Of a DNA stretch of 64,000 bases, positions 55,683-64,000 are shown piece by piece. The position numbers and the translations under genes were made by a program. Where the stretch lies: contig DBYS01000016.1 of the NCBI GenBank assembly GCA_002310195.1, forward strand, positions 60,278 through 124,277, written 5' to 3'. Numbering within the stretch: position 1 is the stretch's first letter; each line of letters opens with the position of its first letter. The stretch is from Bacteroidales bacterium UBA1180. Lineage in GTDB: Bacteria; Bacteroidota; Bacteroidia; Bacteroidales; Paludibacteraceae. Below the pieces are notes generated by a model. The model saw only the letters and a program-made list of their open reading frames with translations. It was not told the DNA's origin and did not search any database.

Positions 55683-58600
55683 TTAGAAATTCAACGAAAG
55701 TCCTACAACCGTAGTCATACAACGCGGATACATATTGTAGTCAATACCGCCGGAGATTTCCGGATCAAGACCTTTGTAGCCAGAGATTACGAACGGGTTG
55801 CTAACAGTGCAGTAAACACGTCCATTCAGCTTGATGTCCTTCGGATCGAACGAATAACCGAGCGTAATATTGTCGCAGCGGAGGAACGAAGCTCTCTGTA
55901 CGAAGTACGTACTGATACGTCCGTCGCCGAGCTCGTTACGCAGGTGGCAACCGTCATCGTAATAAGCAACATAAGCCTGACGGAGCACATTGTGGTAACC
56001 GTCGAACTTAGCATCATAAAGCGTAGTCACGTACTGCAACTGGTCTTGGAGAACCGAGTTGTACACGTAGTTACCGATGTTCGAGTGGAAAGCGATACCG
56101 AGGTCAACACCGTAGAATTGGAACTTTGTGTTGAAGCCCATGGTAACAGGAGCAGCAGCGCTGTGGTAGAAGATCTTATCCGAAGCTTCCAAGCTGTAGT
56201 CTGCGTCGCCCGGCAGAGCATCCGGATGCTGCTGATCAACGAGGTAGAGCGTACCCGTATTCGGGTTCATCTTCGACTCATATACGTAGAACGAGTTGGC
56301 AGCGTGACCTACAGCATTAGCCTGAACGTACGCACCGTTGCCAATACCCGAACCGGTGTTGTACTCATAATAACCCGGATCGTCCGAACCGGTGAGATTC
56401 AGGATCTTGTTGTCGTTCCAAGCTACGTTATAGCCCAGATCCCACTTGAAGTTCTTCGTGTCAATAGCCACGGCGTTGATAGCGAACTCAACACCCATGT
56501 TCGACAGCGAACCTACATTGCGGATCACGCGGGTCTTGAAGTTCGAGCCTGCAGCTACGTCCACCCAGTTGATCAGGTCATTGGTGAGACGATAGTAGTA
56601 GTCGATGTTACCCGAGATTCGGTTGTTGAGGAACGCAAAGTCAAGACCGGCATTGTATGTCGTGGTCTTCTCCCAAGTCAGGTCGGGGTTATATTCGTTC
56701 GGACGATAAGTCATGTAGTATACATAGCCGTCGTTACCGATAACGTAATCGGTACCGTCAACCTTGCCCGTCAGGTCAACCTGAGCAGGTGTCTCGCCGA
56801 GGGTTGACCATGCACCGGTCTGGTTCTGAACGAATACAGGCAGGTACTGGAAGTCTCCCTGGTTCAAGTTCTGCTGACCGGTAATACCGTAGCCGAGACG
56901 GAGCTTGAGGTCATTGAGCCAGTTAACATCCTTGAGGAAGGTCTCCTTGATCTTCCAACCGAGGGCGACAGAAGGGAACAGGCCCCAACGCACCTTAGGA
57001 GCGAAACGTGTCGAAGCATCAGCACGCAGCGTAACGGTAGCCATTACCTGGTTCCATCCTACCCAGTTGGCCCGACCGAAGAATGATAGCAATGCCGATT
57101 GTGTAGCGTAGGTGTAATCGCTGTAATCCTTCTTCTGCCCACGCAGAGCGGGATCGTTGTTCGTATCCGGATAAGTCTTCCAGCCTTCGGTATAGCTGTT
57201 ACGATGGAACTTCTGGTACTCACCACCAGCCATGATGTCGAAATGCTGATCCTCAGAGAAATCCTTATAATACTGCGCGTACGCGTTGAACGAGAGGTTA
57301 TACTTCTTCTCCCAAGTATATCCGGTATAGCCGTAATAGCCATTGCTTACATCTTGGATAAGACGGTCGATATCGGTGTTTTGCTTACCGTAAGAGTAGT
57401 CTGCACCAAAGTTAGCATGGATATGCAGATCTTCAAAGCCGTGGATCTTATAGTCTGCCTCAATGTTTCCTACAAACGAACCTGAATGTGCACGATCGTT
57501 GGTATAAGCCAGTGTGTTGGCAGGGTTAGCTGCGGTCTGAGTGTTAAACTGATAGTTCCACTCAGAGTCATTCAGCGTGGCAGGCTGCGTACGTCCGAAG
57601 TATCCACCGAAAATCTGGTCAAGCACTGCCTGAGATGCGCCCAGTGTTGTACCGGTCAGATAACCGGTAGCCTCGCCCTTCACAGGAACAGTCGGGTCGT
57701 AAGCAATAGCAGCACCGGTCACACCCGGAGCATAGCGGTTGTAGATATACATTCCCTTGGCGTTCAGGTTGAACACAAGGTGCTTGTCGAGGAACGACGG
57801 GTTCAAGTTGATCGACGCCGTTACACGTTGCATGTTCGAAGTCTTGATGATACCGTTCTGGTCAGTGTAGCCGATGGAAAAGCGGTAAGGCATGTTCTTT
57901 GTACCACCCATCAAGCTGATATTGTGGTCAGTGGAGATAGCCGTGCGGTATATCTGGCTCTGCCAATCCGTGTCAGAGTCACCGAGGTAGTTGAGCACCT
58001 TCGGACGATAGGAATCGGGGTGCAGTACTTTGTCGTTATACAACTCCTGTGCGTAGTCACGCAACTCTGAGCCACTGAAAACGTCGATGGTTTTGAGCAG
58101 TGTACCGATTGATACGTTGCCGTTGTACGACACTTTCAGTTTCTGATTAGCAGAACCTTTCTTCGTTGTGATGATGATGACGCCGTTTGATGCACGCGAA
58201 CCATAGATAGCGGTTGCCGAGGCATCTTTAAGCACGGTAAAGCTTTCAATATCGGCAGGATTAACCATTGCCAAGGGGTTAGCCACACCCTTGATACCGT
58301 CGTTATCCATCGCCAGACCATCAATCACTATCAACGGGTCGTTCGATGCCGACAATGACGAACCACCGCGGACACGGATCGTAGCGCCGCCGCCCGGCGT
58401 ACCGTCGTTCGTGGTAACTGCGACACCTGCAATCTTACCGGACAACATATCCGTTGCCGTTGTTTGCAGACCTTTGTTCATCTCATCGGGCTTAATAGCC
58501 GTTACAGAGCCGGTTGCATCGTGTTTTTTCACAACACCGTAGCCGACTACTACGACTTCCTCCAAGAGCTCGGAATCCTCGCCCAAACGTACGTTCAGAC

Positions 58601-58871
58601 GCGGAGCGGCATCAAGCTCCTGAGTCTTATAACCCATGTAAGAGATGGCAAGCTTGCCACCGGATTTGACGTTCAGCGTAAAGTTACCGTCAAAGTCGGT
58701 GATTGTACCGTTGGTTGTACCAATCTCCAGCACAGAAGCGCCGATAATAGGCTCATCATTCGCTGCATCAACAACCGTACCTTGTACGGTGATCTGAGCG
58801 AATGCCGTCATTCCCGCTACGAGCAGGAACAACATCAGCACGGCGCGTAATGAAATGCGATTGTTTTTCAT
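55683..58871 (-). CDS. susC: SusC/RagA family TonB-linked outer-membrane transporter
   Basis: Has an N-terminal carboxypeptidase-regulatory-like domain (GTVVDAANDEPIIGASVLE), a plug domain (GSRASNGVIIITTKKG) and a barrel ending in GLSLNF. Confidence 0.95.
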   Translation of the reverse strand: MKNNRISLRAVLMLFLLVAGMTAFAQITVQGTVVDAANDEPIIGASVLEIGTTNGTITDFDGNFTLNVKSGGKLAISYMGYKTQELDAAPRLNVRLGEDSELLEEVVVVGYGVVKKHDATGSVTAIKPDEMNKGLQTTATDMLSGKIAGVAVTTNDGTPGGGATIRVRGGSSLSASNDPLIVIDGLAMDNDGIKGVANPLAMVNPADIESFTVLKDASATAIYGSRASNGVIIITTKKGSANQKLKVSYNGNVSIGTLLKTIDVFSGSELRDYAQELYNDKVLHPDSYRPKVLNYLGDSDTDWQSQIYRTAISTDHNISLMGGTKNMPYRFSIGYTDQNGIIKTSNMQRVTASINLNPSFLDKHLVFNLNAKGMYIYNRYAPGVTGAAIAYDPTVPVKGEATGYLTGTTLGASQAVLDQIFGGYFGRTQPATLNDSEWNYQFNTQTAANPANTLAYTNDRAHSGSFVGNIEADYKIHGFEDLHIHANFGADYSYGKQNTDIDRLIQDVSNGYYGYTGYTWEKKYNLSFNAYAQYYKDFSEDQHFDIMAGGEYQKFHRNSYTEGWKTYPDTNNDPALRGQKKDYSDYTYATQSALLSFFGRANWVGWNQVMATVTLRADASTRFAPKVRWGLFPSVALGWKIKETFLKDVNWLNDLKLRLGYGITGQQNLNQGDFQYLPVFVQNQTGAWSTLGETPAQVDLTGKVDGTDYVIGNDGYVYYMTYRPNEYNPDLTWEKTTTYNAGLDFAFLNNRISGNIDYYYRLTNDLINWVDVAAGSNFKTRVIRNVGSLSNMGVEFAINAVAIDTKNFKWDLGYNVAWNDNKILNLTGSDDPGYYEYNTGSGIGNGAYVQANAVGHAANSFYVYESKMNPNTGTLYLVDQQHPDALPGDADYSLEASDKIFYHSAAAPVTMGFNTKFQFYGVDLGIAFHSNIGNYVYNSVLQDQLQYVTTLYDAKFDGYHNVLRQAYVAYYDDGCHLRNELGDGRISTYFVQRASFLRCDNITLGYSFDPKDIKLNGRVYCTVSNPFVISGYKGLDPEISGGIDYNMYPRCMTTVVGLSLNF

Positions 58872-58912
58872 TTGCTTGTGTTTTTTGTTTAGATTAATTA
58901 TGTTAGTTTTTG

Positions 58913-58945
58913 TTGATTGTCAATCAATTGACCACAACTGGTCAA
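58913..58945 (-). promoter_or_regulatory. Two adjacent perfect inverted repeats, TTGATTG-T-CAATCAA and TTGACCA-CAAC-TGGTCAA, between the MFS stop codon and the SusC start codon
   Basis: Read from the sequence: arms of 7 bp each, and both begin TTGA and end TCAA. Confidence 0.5.
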
Positions 58946-58949
58946 TGGC

Positions 58950-60302
58950 TTAGTCGTCCTCATGTTCGCGAATAAGGAAGACGGACGCGGCACCTAATAG
59001 CAACAGCACACCTGCCACTACAAGCATTCCTGCCTGCTCGTGGCCACAGACGAACTTCAGCAGCAGACCACCGCACAATGCAGCAACGATCTGCGGCACG
59101 CAAATTGTGCAGTTGAACAAACCGAGATAGTAGCCCATGTTTCCGCCCTTGATGGCGTTCGTCACGATAGTGAACGGAAGCGCCAGCATTGCAGCCCATG
59201 CCGCACCAATCAGGGCATAACTGATCCAGAGCACATATTGGTCGTTCACAAAGAACACCGATACAAAGCCTATTGCGCCCACAACGAGGGACACAGCGTA
59301 AGCACCTTTGTTTCCGAACCACTGCTCAAGCTTCGGCAGGAACGCAGCCCAAAGCAGCGAACCAACAGCCTGCACGCAGAACACTACTCCAACCCAGTTG
59401 CCGGCATCCTGGAAAGCCACATCCTTGGCATCCAAGCCGTCCCAACCGAAGCAGTTGGCGGCGATAGCACCGTTGGAGTAAGTCCACATATACATGAACG
59501 CCGACCAGCAGAAGAACTGCACCAGACCAACTGTCCAGAACGCTGACGGAGCGTCACGGAGCAACTCGATGAAGCCCTTGTCAGGCTCTTGGCTCTGTGC
59601 CGAAGATTCCTGGCTAATGCCGTGGAACTCAGCATATTCCTCAGGGTTAAGCTCCTTAACCGTGCAGAAGGTATAAAGCGAGCAGAGGATAAGGATTGCC
59701 GCGCCGGCATAGAACGACCACTTGACGGAGTCAGGGATGACGCCCTCGGGAGCCGTGTTAGCTATACCGATCCATGTAAAGAATATCGGGAACAAGTAAC
59801 CAACCACCGAACCTGCGTTGCACAGCGCCGACTGGATGGCGTAAGCCGTACCTTTCTGTTCCTCGTTGACCATGTCGCCGACCATCATCTTGAACGGCTG
59901 CATGGCAATGTTGATACTTGTGTCAAGGAACATAAGGCTGAACAATCCAAACCACATAGCGGCATTCAGGCCAAGGAACGCGGACTGCGCGAAGGTGAAG
60001 TTTCCGGCATTCGGCAACAGCAGCATCACAGCCACAGCAATCAAAGCGCCTACCAACAGATACGGCTTGCGGCGACCGAGACGATTCCACGTCTTGTCAC
60101 TGTACTTGCCCACCAACGGCTGAACAATCATACCCATCAGTGGCGGAAGAATCCAAAAGAAACTCAAAGTGTGCGGGTCAGCACCGAGAGTGGCGAAGAT
60201 TCGCGAGATGTTGGCACTCTGCAAGGCGTAAGCAATCTGCACGCCGAAGAATCCGAAACTCAGATTAAATAATTGCCCAAACGAGCGATTCGTATTTTTC
60301 AT
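58950..60302 (-). CDS. MFS transporter, SLC45 / sucrose-maltose:H+ symporter-like
   Basis: Has 12 predicted TM-like segments and the N-terminal motifs GFFGVQIAYALQ and DKTWNRLGRRKPY, typical of GPH/SLC45-type sugar transporters. Confidence 0.8.
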   Translation of the reverse strand: MKNTNRSFGQLFNLSFGFFGVQIAYALQSANISRIFATLGADPHTLSFFWILPPLMGMIVQPLVGKYSDKTWNRLGRRKPYLLVGALIAVAVMLLLPNAGNFTFAQSAFLGLNAAMWFGLFSLMFLDTSINIAMQPFKMMVGDMVNEEQKGTAYAIQSALCNAGSVVGYLFPIFFTWIGIANTAPEGVIPDSVKWSFYAGAAILILCSLYTFCTVKELNPEEYAEFHGISQESSAQSQEPDKGFIELLRDAPSAFWTVGLVQFFCWSAFMYMWTYSNGAIAANCFGWDGLDAKDVAFQDAGNWVGVVFCVQAVGSLLWAAFLPKLEQWFGNKGAYAVSLVVGAIGFVSVFFVNDQYVLWISYALIGAAWAAMLALPFTIVTNAIKGGNMGYYLGLFNCTICVPQIVAALCGGLLLKFVCGHEQAGMLVVAGVLLLLGAASVFLIREHEDD

Positions 60303-60423
60303 ATACGTATTATTGTACGTTTTATTTGGTTATCAATATATTTACCTATCTCGCGATGCTCGAACGATTTGGTTCGTCATCCGAAACCTTTCGGAACATT
60401 CTGCTTTTCCATAAAAAAGCTTA

Positions 60424-60455
60424 CAAAGATACAAAAATCTTTTTGAATTTGCAAG
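60424..60455 (-). promoter_or_regulatory. Promoter of PUL2 (-7 TATCTTTG is the reverse complement of 60424-60431; -33 CTTG is the reverse complement of 60452-60455)
   Basis: Match to the -7 consensus with an imperfect -33 element and a 20-nt spacer. It implies a leader of about 115 nt with two small hairpins. Confidence 0.5.
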
Positions 60456-60562
60456 ACCTAAATGCATTTTTTTTCAAAAAAGTTGCATTTTGCGCAAAAT
60501 CGCCTAAATAGCGCACTCCGCAAGAGGAAAATTGCACGAATCTTTTCCACACGGGCTATTAT

Positions 60563-60601
60563 AGAAAAACACGGAGAACCACGCTATTCGTGATTCTCCG
60601 T
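60563..60601 (-). terminator. Intrinsic terminator after the coiled-coil OMP gene
   Basis: The hairpin ACGGAGAA-C-CACG ... CGTG-A-TTCTCCGT (60571-60601) is followed on the minus strand by GTTTTTCT. Confidence 0.7.
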
Positions 60602-60631
60602 ATTTCGTTTGTTTCGTCGAGCTCTCTGCTC

Positions 60632-62191
60632 TTACCACATCATGAAATGGTAGATTACCTTCAAACCGAAGTCAAAGAATCCCAGTCCGTTCTTCTGGAC
60701 GAAGGCTTCTGTGGTCGGGCTGACAGTCACGACCGAAGGTGCTTCATCTGACGGCGTGGTGATACTGATCAGGTTCTTACCCGTCGGATCGTTCGGGTAT
60801 AGCGAGAACACACTGTAATTGGTGTAAACGCCACCTCCGAGGATATGTCCGTTCGGCAACTTGTATTCATAGCCCACCTCTGCCGACAACTGGATGTTCA
60901 GTCGCGAGAGTCTAGTCGAAGCTTTCTGGCGCAACATATCGTCAGTTACCTTACCGGTAATGATCTCATCGGCCACATGGACGTTTTTCGTCACGTTCCA
61001 CGCGTCGATATGCGTTGCCGTCAGATCCTGGTTATAATGGCTATATACAGGAATCGAGATGCGCGGACCGACATTCACAAATATCTGATCCATGATGAGC
61101 ATCGAGAACATTGCCGGAATCTCGAACACTATTGTTCCGTCATTCTCCTTGGCATCCGCACCGGTGATAGTGTAATGCAGTTGGTCGCCGTCCTCGTCAG
61201 TCACGTCAAACTCACGGTTGCCGTTAGCCGTCACGCCGTTGCGCGTGTAGCCGAAACTCAATCCGGTCATCACACCGTACGCCAACTGGCTGTCACGTTG
61301 CCGCCAGTAGTGCGCGTACTGGGCATCGGCGAGAATATCAAAGCCAGCTTTCCATTTGCCGTTAGCCTCAGGAAGCGTCTTCTGCATCAGCGAAGCAACG
61401 CCTACGCGCAGTCCTGCTCCGACGCGGTTGAACTGCAGTTTAGCGCGCGCTGCCTCCAAACTGTCTTTGAGAGCCTGCTGATAAGCCTGCTCAACGGCTG
61501 ACAGACTATCCTTGAAAACTTTTTCGCGGGCAAGTTGTGCGGCTTCAATACTGTCCTTATAGTGCCGTGCAAGTGCCTGCTGCGCTGCCAGACTATCCTG
61601 CAACGCGCGTTGCTGCGCCTCAACGGCAGCTATACTATCGCGCAACTCGCGTTCACGCTCCTGCTGCACAACAAACTTGCTATAACGTTTGGCTTCTTCA
61701 CGCGCCTCATCAACCATCGCGGTCATGTGGTGTTGCTCGGCGAGTTTCTGGATAGTAGCCTGCATGCCCTCGTCCATATCATTGAGTTCCAACAGACGCT
61801 CAAGGATAAGCGGACGGTCGGTATTTTCCTTGACCGTCGAGGTATCTGTCTTCTCTCTAGCGCCCATAAGCAACAAACCATGAGGCTCGATCCACGAATT
61901 GATACCTGCCAGCAATATACCATTGGGGAAACGCTTACCGCCGACCTGTTGAATCATGTGGCGGACGTAATATGCCCAATTAGCTATATTCTCACCGGTC
62001 AGGTAGTTCGTTTGCTGCTTATTGATGATGATCGTATCGCCTTCCTTGAAGCGATAATCCTCAGCAGCAATATGGCCTTGCTGTTGCAGCGTAGTGTCAC
62101 GTTCGGCGGTATGACCTACAAGCGTAGGCTCATTGGCGAACGCTGTCACTCCGAACAGGAGAAGCATGTATGTAATCAATAGCTTTTTCAT
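60632..62191 (-). CDS. Outer-membrane protein with an N-terminal domain, a central coiled coil of 14-15-aa (K/R/Q)DS(L/I) repeats and a C-terminal beta-barrel
   Basis: Has a signal peptide (GVTAFANE). The repeats are RDSIAAVEAQQRAL, QDSLAAQQALARHY, KDSIEAAQLAREKVF, KDSLSAVEQAYQQAL and KDSLEAARAKL. The C-terminus ends in an aromatic residue (YHFMMW). Confidence 0.7.
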   Translation of the reverse strand: MKKLLITYMLLLFGVTAFANEPTLVGHTAERDTTLQQQGHIAAEDYRFKEGDTIIINKQQTNYLTGENIANWAYYVRHMIQQVGGKRFPNGILLAGINSWIEPHGLLLMGAREKTDTSTVKENTDRPLILERLLELNDMDEGMQATIQKLAEQHHMTAMVDEAREEAKRYSKFVVQQERERELRDSIAAVEAQQRALQDSLAAQQALARHYKDSIEAAQLAREKVFKDSLSAVEQAYQQALKDSLEAARAKLQFNRVGAGLRVGVASLMQKTLPEANGKWKAGFDILADAQYAHYWRQRDSQLAYGVMTGLSFGYTRNGVTANGNREFDVTDEDGDQLHYTITGADAKENDGTIVFEIPAMFSMLIMDQIFVNVGPRISIPVYSHYNQDLTATHIDAWNVTKNVHVADEIITGKVTDDMLRQKASTRLSRLNIQLSAEVGYEYKLPNGHILGGGVYTNYSVFSLYPNDPTGKNLISITTPSDEAPSVVTVSPTTEAFVQKNGLGFFDFGLKVIYHFMMW

Positions 62192-62203
62192 GCGTCAATC
62201 CTC

Positions 62204-64000
62204 CTATTCCCGAATGATGAACGGCATAGCCGCTCGGTCAACACCGTTGTTAATATGCAACATATATACTCCTGCGGGCAGGGCATCGGTCGTGATGCGC
62301 ATTATGCCGTTCAAATCCGAGGCATCGGCTTCGTAGTGAAGCACACGTGCGCAGACGCCATTGGCGCTGAAGATATGCACCTCGCCGCTTGCGTGGAGAT
62401 GATAAAGCCACATCGGTTCGCCCTGCCGAACGGCGTTCGGAGCTAACATTGGCGCACTGTCAGACGTACGCACAACTATACGTGTGCGCCACGAGCCACC
62501 ACAGGCGTCAGTCTCCTCAGGCAGAGTGATGATAGCGTAGTACGAACCTACCAGATGACGGTCATCAGTGTAGTAATAACCTGTGCCGACCAGCTCATCT
62601 GCATCAATATCAGGGTCTGTACCGGTTATGTGGAACCAGCGAACACTGTCGGGCTCGGGATACAAACCATAAACCTTGTTCAGTGAGTCGAGATCAATCA
62701 TCAGCAACCAGTCGCTGTATTTCGATACGGCAGGCATATCGGCGAACTCGTCTGACAACTCATAATCAGGCTTCTGAATGCTCAACGTATGGTCGAACTG
62801 CACAGTCGTACAAGCATTGCTTACCTCTGCACGCAGATCTATCTCTTCTGCCTCAGGCGACATCTCGGCACCCGTGTAAGGAACATATTCACCGTTCGCG
62901 TCTTTCCAAAGCAGCGACAGTGTAGTATCTTTCTCAAACAAATCGTCCGCCTCTATTGCCTCTCGCAACGCACCAAGCACCTCATCTGCGCCATTGTACG
63001 GCGTGCCGCAGAACGCATTGCCCCACTCGATCTCAGCATCCAGTTCGTTGTGCCAAACAAGAATATTATAGGTTGTTATCGAATCTGTGAATGGACGGGC
63101 ATCGATAATCGTATCCCTAACGATTGTATCTTGAGTGATCGTCAGCATTTGACTGCCGGCAGTGTACACGCCACTGAGACAAACAGTGTCATACACCTCT
63201 GCAAACACCTCTTCGATAACAGTCAGTTCCAAAGTCGTAATACTATCGCAACCGTGTATATTGGGAACAGTATCGTTGTATGTATACAGACCAGATTCAG
63301 TCGGGGTCAGATCCTCGTCGCTGAAGACGTATGACTCACCAAGTTTGATACTATCTTGTAGAGTTATATCGGTGCTTGCCCAAACGTGGAGGTTGTATGT
63401 CGTCACAGAGTCAATGTATGTCAGCGTATGAAGAATACTATCTTTCAATTGACGTACATCCCGCAAGGTATCCGTTACGGTTGTATCGTTGAACACTTCG
63501 AACGTGCGGCTGAGTTCAGGATCAATAGCCTCGATGGTAAAGTTTGCGCCTACACACAACGTGCTATCCACAGCGGCATCTACCGTTTTGCGCAACTCGA
63601 TTACTTCGAATACCTTTAGTTCGACAACAATGAAACTATCGCACTTATGAATGTTCTGCAATGTATCGTAGAGGGGGATGATACCTGGCTCTTCCGGGGT
63701 GAACTTTTTGCCCTTGAAGGTGTACGACTGGCCAAGTTCAATGCTGTCTTGCAGCGTCGTGTCGGTTCGCTGCCAAACAGAAAGGTAATAGATATATAAC
63801 GAATCAGTGTGGATTTTCCGATGCAATTCTTCATCGACATACACAATGGCATCAAATACCGTGTCATTTACTGCCGTATCAGCGTCCAGAGTGAGCGTCT
63901 GCAAGCGAGTGTTATACTGGCTGCCCACGCAGATCGTATCATATATGGTATACGGGCATACGCGCACGGAGTCGTATTCAGGAAGGAAAGAAACAGTGAG
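62204..64000 (-). CDS. T9SS-sorted surface protein built from tandem Cys-containing modules of about 115 aa (5' end lies outside the window)
   Basis: The reading frame stays open to the window edge. It has a C-terminal Por secretion-tail-like domain (GVYMLHINNG..MPFIIRE) and three module copies, each ending in the H(K/G)CDS..(V/T).EL.V motif. Confidence 0.75.
   Translation of the reverse strand, partial: LTVSFLPEYDSVRVCPYTIYDTICVGSQYNTRLQTLTLDADTAVNDTVFDAIVYVDEELHRKIHTDSLYIYYLSVWQRTDTTLQDSIELGQSYTFKGKKFTPEEPGIIPLYDTLQNIHKCDSFIVVELKVFEVIELRKTVDAAVDSTLCVGANFTIEAIDPELSRTFEVFNDTTVTDTLRDVRQLKDSILHTLTYIDSVTTYNLHVWASTDITLQDSIKLGESYVFSDEDLTPTESGLYTYNDTVPNIHGCDSITTLELTVIEEVFAEVYDTVCLSGVYTAGSQMLTITQDTIVRDTIIDARPFTDSITTYNILVWHNELDAEIEWGNAFCGTPYNGADEVLGALREAIEADDLFEKDTTLSLLWKDANGEYVPYTGAEMSPEAEEIDLRAEVSNACTTVQFDHTLSIQKPDYELSDEFADMPAVSKYSDWLLMIDLDSLNKVYGLYPEPDSVRWFHITGTDPDIDADELVGTGYYYTDDRHLVGSYYAIITLPEETDACGGSWRTRIVVRTSDSAPMLAPNAVRQGEPMWLYHLHASGEVHIFSANGVCARVLHYEADASDLNGIMRITTDALPAGVYMLHINNGVDRAAMPFIIRE

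Noticed and set aside
60326-60511. A 61-aa plus-strand ORF in the PUL2 upstream region.
   Set aside because: It overlaps the minus-strand PUL2 promoter and leader, is AT-rich and low-complexity, and has no promoter of its own.
1-64000. A search for CRISPR arrays, integrases, transposases, phage genes, toxin-antitoxin pairs or recognisable defence systems.
   Set aside because: No direct-repeat/spacer arrays, recombinase motifs or defence-gene signatures were seen. The RecD-like helicase and the S8 peptidase are isolated, with housekeeping neighbours. The window looks like core chromosome and not an accessory island.

Overview
This window looks like a Bacteroidota (Bacteroidales-like) chromosomal segment of roughly mid-50s % GC. 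The evidence is two SusC/SusD pairs, a T9SS C-terminal sorting domain, no Shine-Dalgarno sequences, and about ten promoters that fit the Bacteroides -33 TTTG / -7 TAnnTTTG consensus. In every promoter I could place, the spacer is exactly 20 nt.

Most of the window is core metabolism and cell-envelope housekeeping. These genes sit in very long co-directional minus-strand operons with 0-30 nt junctions, and three junctions are TAATG stop/start overlaps. Recognisable genes include tyrS, deoD, rfbCD, coaX, def, ruvX, gyrA, ribBA, cdd, rlmD, lptC and an lptF/G-family gene.

Two polysaccharide utilisation loci are present:
- PUL1 (5437-19513) is a beta-glucan/cellodextrin-type locus. It encodes GH94 phosphorylase, GH5, SusC, SusD, a PKD/IPT lipoprotein, a GPH symporter and GH9, with a divergent AraC regulator.
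- PUL2 (52645-60302) is a four-gene locus with no enzyme gene: an SLC45-like MFS, SusC, SusD and a Big_2/CBM-like lipoprotein. It is probably alpha-glucan related.

I found no rRNA, tRNA, CRISPR array, integrase or transposase. One small RNA gene is proposed, an SRP/4.5S RNA on the minus strand at about 50951-51067.

The most interesting non-coding signal is a roughly 115-nt structured 5' leader present in two paralogous copies (19762-19880 plus strand, 32667-32787 minus strand). The two copies differ by compensatory stem changes. Both end in a GGGG-N-CCCC box that recurs a third time in front of coaX.

Other oddities:
- Heptamer-phased A-rich (AAAATCA)n-type repeats lie directly 5' of several start codons, and one copy sits in frame inside the GH9 gene.
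- Two arrays of ATC-anchored 11-bp repeats lie in intergenic spacers.
- A secreted protein has a Trp/His/Cys-rich core and a long Ser/Arg/Gly tail.
- A T9SS cargo protein built from about 115-aa repeats is followed by a coiled-coil plus beta-barrel outer-membrane protein.

All functional calls come from motif recognition by eye. No database search was run.
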